DNA from: Chrysomallon squamiferum | Taxonomy: Eukaryota > Animalia > Mollusca | Assembly (NCBI GenBank): GCA_012295275.1 | Contig: CM022678.1 | Coordinates: forward strand, 13,888,001-13,952,000 | Direction of reading: 5' to 3' | DNA length: 64,000 nucleotides | Part shown: positions 60,523-64,000 of the stretch, in pieces | How the letters are laid out: each line of letters starts with the position of its first letter | Numbering within the stretch: position 1 is the stretch's first letter | Notes under the pieces: generated by a model | Databases searched by the model: none | What the model was told of the DNA's origin: nothing | Seen by the model: only the letters and a program-made list of their open reading frames with translations | Translations under genes and position numbers: made by a program

Positions 60523-63202
60523 TAAATAACCAAAAATAAATGAAACATATTTTACTGGACAGTTGTTTGTTTATCTGTGGAAAATTCTCCACCAAGTATT
60601 GCATCAGTACATATAATTATCACAATATAAAGAATGTATATATATATTAATGCTTTCACTCAAACAATAAAATGAAATTTCGTTGTGTGAATATAATACT
60701 TGTAAACATGTACAACATATACAGACACACAGACATGTTAAAATGCCAACCTACCACTTTTTTAATATATACATAAAACACAAAAAGCAACATACACATA
60801 GCTCAAAGAATGAAAATGATTATATTACTTTATATAGTTTATGCACATGAATATGGTCACTACAAATAATGAGAGAGGAAACAGTTTCTGCGATAATCTT
60901 ATTGGATCAGTAGAGAGGATCCTTTTCTGATTATTTTATCAGAGGAAACAATATATTACAGTCACAAGACACTGGCTGAACTGGATAATATTTGAAACCA
61001 AGTACCAGAAAACTGTTATCCTGCAATATTTATTTATTTAATTTTAACATCAGTAATAGTAGTAATAATAATAATAATAAAAAGAAATAGTAATAAGTAA
61101 ATAAATGTTGAATGATGTATCTATATACTTAACTGTAGTACAAACTGTTAAAGATTAATAACAAATTAAATTGTCAAAATACTCCACTCCAGTTAGGCTG
61201 GACATGGAGTCATAGCAGGAAGTCAAGTTCAAATAATTATTTAGTAACAAGACAGTGACTGGAGGTGCCCTTTCATGGTTATGTTGTTTTACACATATTG
61301 ATTCTGGGGATTGAAATTGTGGGGACAATATCAAATACTGAATTATTAATGGTACCAAATTTCATACTGATGAAATCAAATATGTTTGTCATTAGTTATC
61401 TTCAAGTGATTGAAATATATACAATTTATTTTATTTCTGAGACAGTAATGGTATATTGGGTCCATTGTTGACATATTCATGATAGTGCCAATCAAAGAAT
61501 TAGAAAGACATCTGTTTCTGTTTTATACTTAGCCTAGACATCCTGTGCCACCTGATGGAGGTCATTAATTTGATCTTCTTTTTAGGGGCTTTTGTTCCAG
61601 CAGTGTAAAATGCAATATTAATTTTTGTGGGGTTTCTGATTAGTACTGCATGAATTATGATCATTTGTGTAACATAAGAGCAGAATTTTTTTTTTTTTTT
61701 TGAAAAACTCACTAAATTGCCCTCATAAAACATACTTTAGAGTGATATTTGACAAAACAACACTTCTAAGAACATTCTGAATAGTTCAAATTGACCTTTT
61801 TATATTTAAATGTTTAATTTAGCTTAAAAACAAGTATCACAATGTTATTTAATATATATATATATATATTCTCCTTTTTTGGAAATGTAATAAAATGAAA
61901 TCACTGCATTCTCTTTTTGAAAGCTTCAGATTGCATCATAGTTTGTCTGAAAATGTAGCTACATGTGTAAAACACATTATTTTGTAACTGAATAATTAAC
62001 TTGATCCATTTATTGTGTTAATGAGTTGCCTTAATTTCCCCACATTCTGTGAATTCTCACCTGGAACTATTTGATAGCTTCTTATTTCTGGAAATGACTT
62101 GGCCATAGTACTTAATCAACAAATATGCAAATAGGAAGGAGGCCTTTTATGGGTTATGGTAAGAAATGATATAATTATGTTGCATTCCCTTCATGTAAAT
62201 AATTTCATACAACAATGAAAAGAAATAATAATTAAAATTTTATAATAGATTAAAATAATCAACATCAACAATCCTAATAAGAACTAAAATGAAATTAAAT
62301 TAAAACTGTGCAAACAAATTCAAAACTTAAATTAAAAACAGTCCAAACAATAAATGGAATTAAATAAGTAACAAAGTGTGTATAAAAATTAAAAAATAAA
62401 AATAAAAATTATGTAAACAAAGATTAATAATTTATTTGTCTAGGTTTCAATGATTATTTGAGTATACCAAAGTTCATCATCTGCCTTTGTGTTATAAATG
62501 TAAGTTAGTATTTAATAACAGAATTATTAAATAATAGGTACAAAATATAACAGAAAATTCTTTAATTTTGAACATTCTTTAAAAGGCCCTTGTCACAGCA
62601 GTTTCATTTTGATATTAGTAGATAATGTCATTTCTATGTGACCATAACTTGACAGCTGATGGTTATACTGATATTGCTTTGAAGTGCTCTGTAAATGTGC
62701 AATGTAGTTTATATCCATTAATAAACTTCTCATAAACAGATGAATCAGATTTTATGAATATTTTCAGATAGATTGTCTGGACTCCATTCTTAATAGGTGA
62801 CAACTGATTCAGTTTACATGCATACAGCTGAAGGTAATTCCATTTTAATTATTATATATGTATATATATATATAATTTTTTTAAATAATAATTGCATTAC
62901 CTAGCAGTATGAAGAAACAGGAAAATATATTTATAATTGTTTGATGTGCCTAATTACTGATCCAGTTGCCTAAGACAACTAATAACTAATGACAATGACA
63001 GGATTAATCATCATAGTGTTAATAGTAGCTAACGCTAGTGGCAGTGGTAGCAATAGTAGTATAAATATTACATTTTAATATTATTTAAAAAATTTATTAT
63101 TATTTGTTAATTCATTGATTTATTTATTTTCAGCAATAAGGAAATTAAATAATTAAACATTCTATTATAAATGACAGAGAAAACTAAAATAAACAGACAC
63201 CA

Positions 63203-64000
63203 ATGAATGAGTTTGATGATTTCACTAATGGCTTAGGATTGGTGGCTGGTCTGGATAACTTAACCAACTGTACTTCTTATACCACTCATCCTGATGCAGT
63301 AATGATTTGGAAAACATTCCCACCAGTTTTACTTGCTTGTGGAACCTTTGGAAGTGTGCTGTCTCTCATAGTTCTTACACAGAAATCAATGAGGCAATCA
63401 CCTATGACATCATATCTAGTTCTCCTTGCTGTCATGGATATTCTTGTTTTATATACAGGCTTACTTAGACATTGGATAAAATATTATTTTGATTTTGAAA
63501 TTCGTTCTTTGCATATCATTATCTGTAAAATACATCCATGGGTTGTATATGTAACATTAGACATGTCTGCCTGGCTGCTGGTCTGTATGACACTGGAAAG
63601 ATTTGTCTCTGTTTGGAAACCATATAAAGTAAAAACAATATGTACATCTAAAACAACACATTTAAGTATAGGTGTTCTTGTTTTTGTTCTGATAGGAATA
63701 AACTCACATTTTCTTTATGGAAAGGAAATCATAGAGAGTGTCAGGGAAAACATTACAATCATTAAATGTACACAAAATGATAACATATACAAACATTTTC
63801 TATTCAACATATTTCCATGGGTTGATTTGTGTACTTTTTGTTTAATTCCTTTCACATTACAAATAGTTGGAAATAGCATCATAATTGGGATAATTGTAAT
63901 AAATGCTCGGAGGATGGCAGTTTGTCTCCAAAACGAGCCTGAGAAAAACACCAGGCGACGCCAAGTTTCATCCATGACCATCATGCTTTTGACACTGAAC
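63203..64000 (+). CDS. Class A (rhodopsin-family) GPCR of the FMRFamide-receptor/GPR139-142-like group; TM1 to the start of TM6, truncated by the window edge
   Basis: Open frame from ATG 63203 to the end (266 codons): IWKTFPPVLLACGTFGSVLS, YLVLLAVMD, CKIHPW, SAWLLVCMTLERFVSVWKP, INSHFL, FPWVDLCTFCLIPF, VSSMTIMLLT. Missing from the ORF track because no stop lies in the window. Confidence 0.93.
   Translation, partial: MNEFDDFTNGLGLVAGLDNLTNCTSYTTHPDAVMIWKTFPPVLLACGTFGSVLSLIVLTQKSMRQSPMTSYLVLLAVMDILVLYTGLLRHWIKYYFDFEIRSLHIIICKIHPWVVYVTLDMSAWLLVCMTLERFVSVWKPYKVKTICTSKTTHLSIGVLVFVLIGINSHFLYGKEIIESVRENITIIKCTQNDNIYKHFLFNIFPWVDLCTFCLIPFTLQIVGNSIIIGIIVINARRMAVCLQNEPEKNTRRRQVSSMTIMLLTLN

Noticed and set aside
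60900-61740. Short ORFs between the transporter and the GPCR
   Set aside because: No coherent frame or recognisable protein; likely UTR or intergenic.
63715-63984. Minus-strand 89-aa ORF
   Set aside because: Antisense shadow of the GPCR coding sequence.

Overview
AT-rich, microsatellite-laden animal genomic DNA. The gene content suggests a lophotrochozoan, probably a mollusc, but that is inference. Most entries in the ORF track are spurious, because the real genes are spliced (GT-AG) and had to be rebuilt by hand. From left to right: (1) the 3' ten exons of prolyl endopeptidase (PREP, +); (2) three tandem, same-strand paralogous genes (about 10.6-19.1, 21.7-39.2 and 40.3-48.1 kb), each encoding a ~700-770 aa single-pass receptor with signal peptide, five cadherin-type repeats, a Thr-rich mucin-like stalk, a TM helix, a Cys-rich juxtamembrane segment and a short tail sharing a Y-(K)-D-x-F-W motif; (3) an iduronate-2-sulfatase with a single-exon CDS (-); (4) a divergent SLC16/MCT-type MFS transporter (+) head-to-head with it; (5) a class A GPCR running off the right edge. 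The introns hold a ~1.6 kb 35/32-bp minisatellite, a truncated Mag-type Ty3/Gypsy element, a Buster/Charlie-type hAT element with a perfect 8-bp TSD, a composite TAG...CTA element with a perfect 9-bp TSD, and several MITEs. The best candidate for an undescribed system is the mucin-stalked cadherin cluster. Exon coordinates were read by eye and need RNA confirmation.
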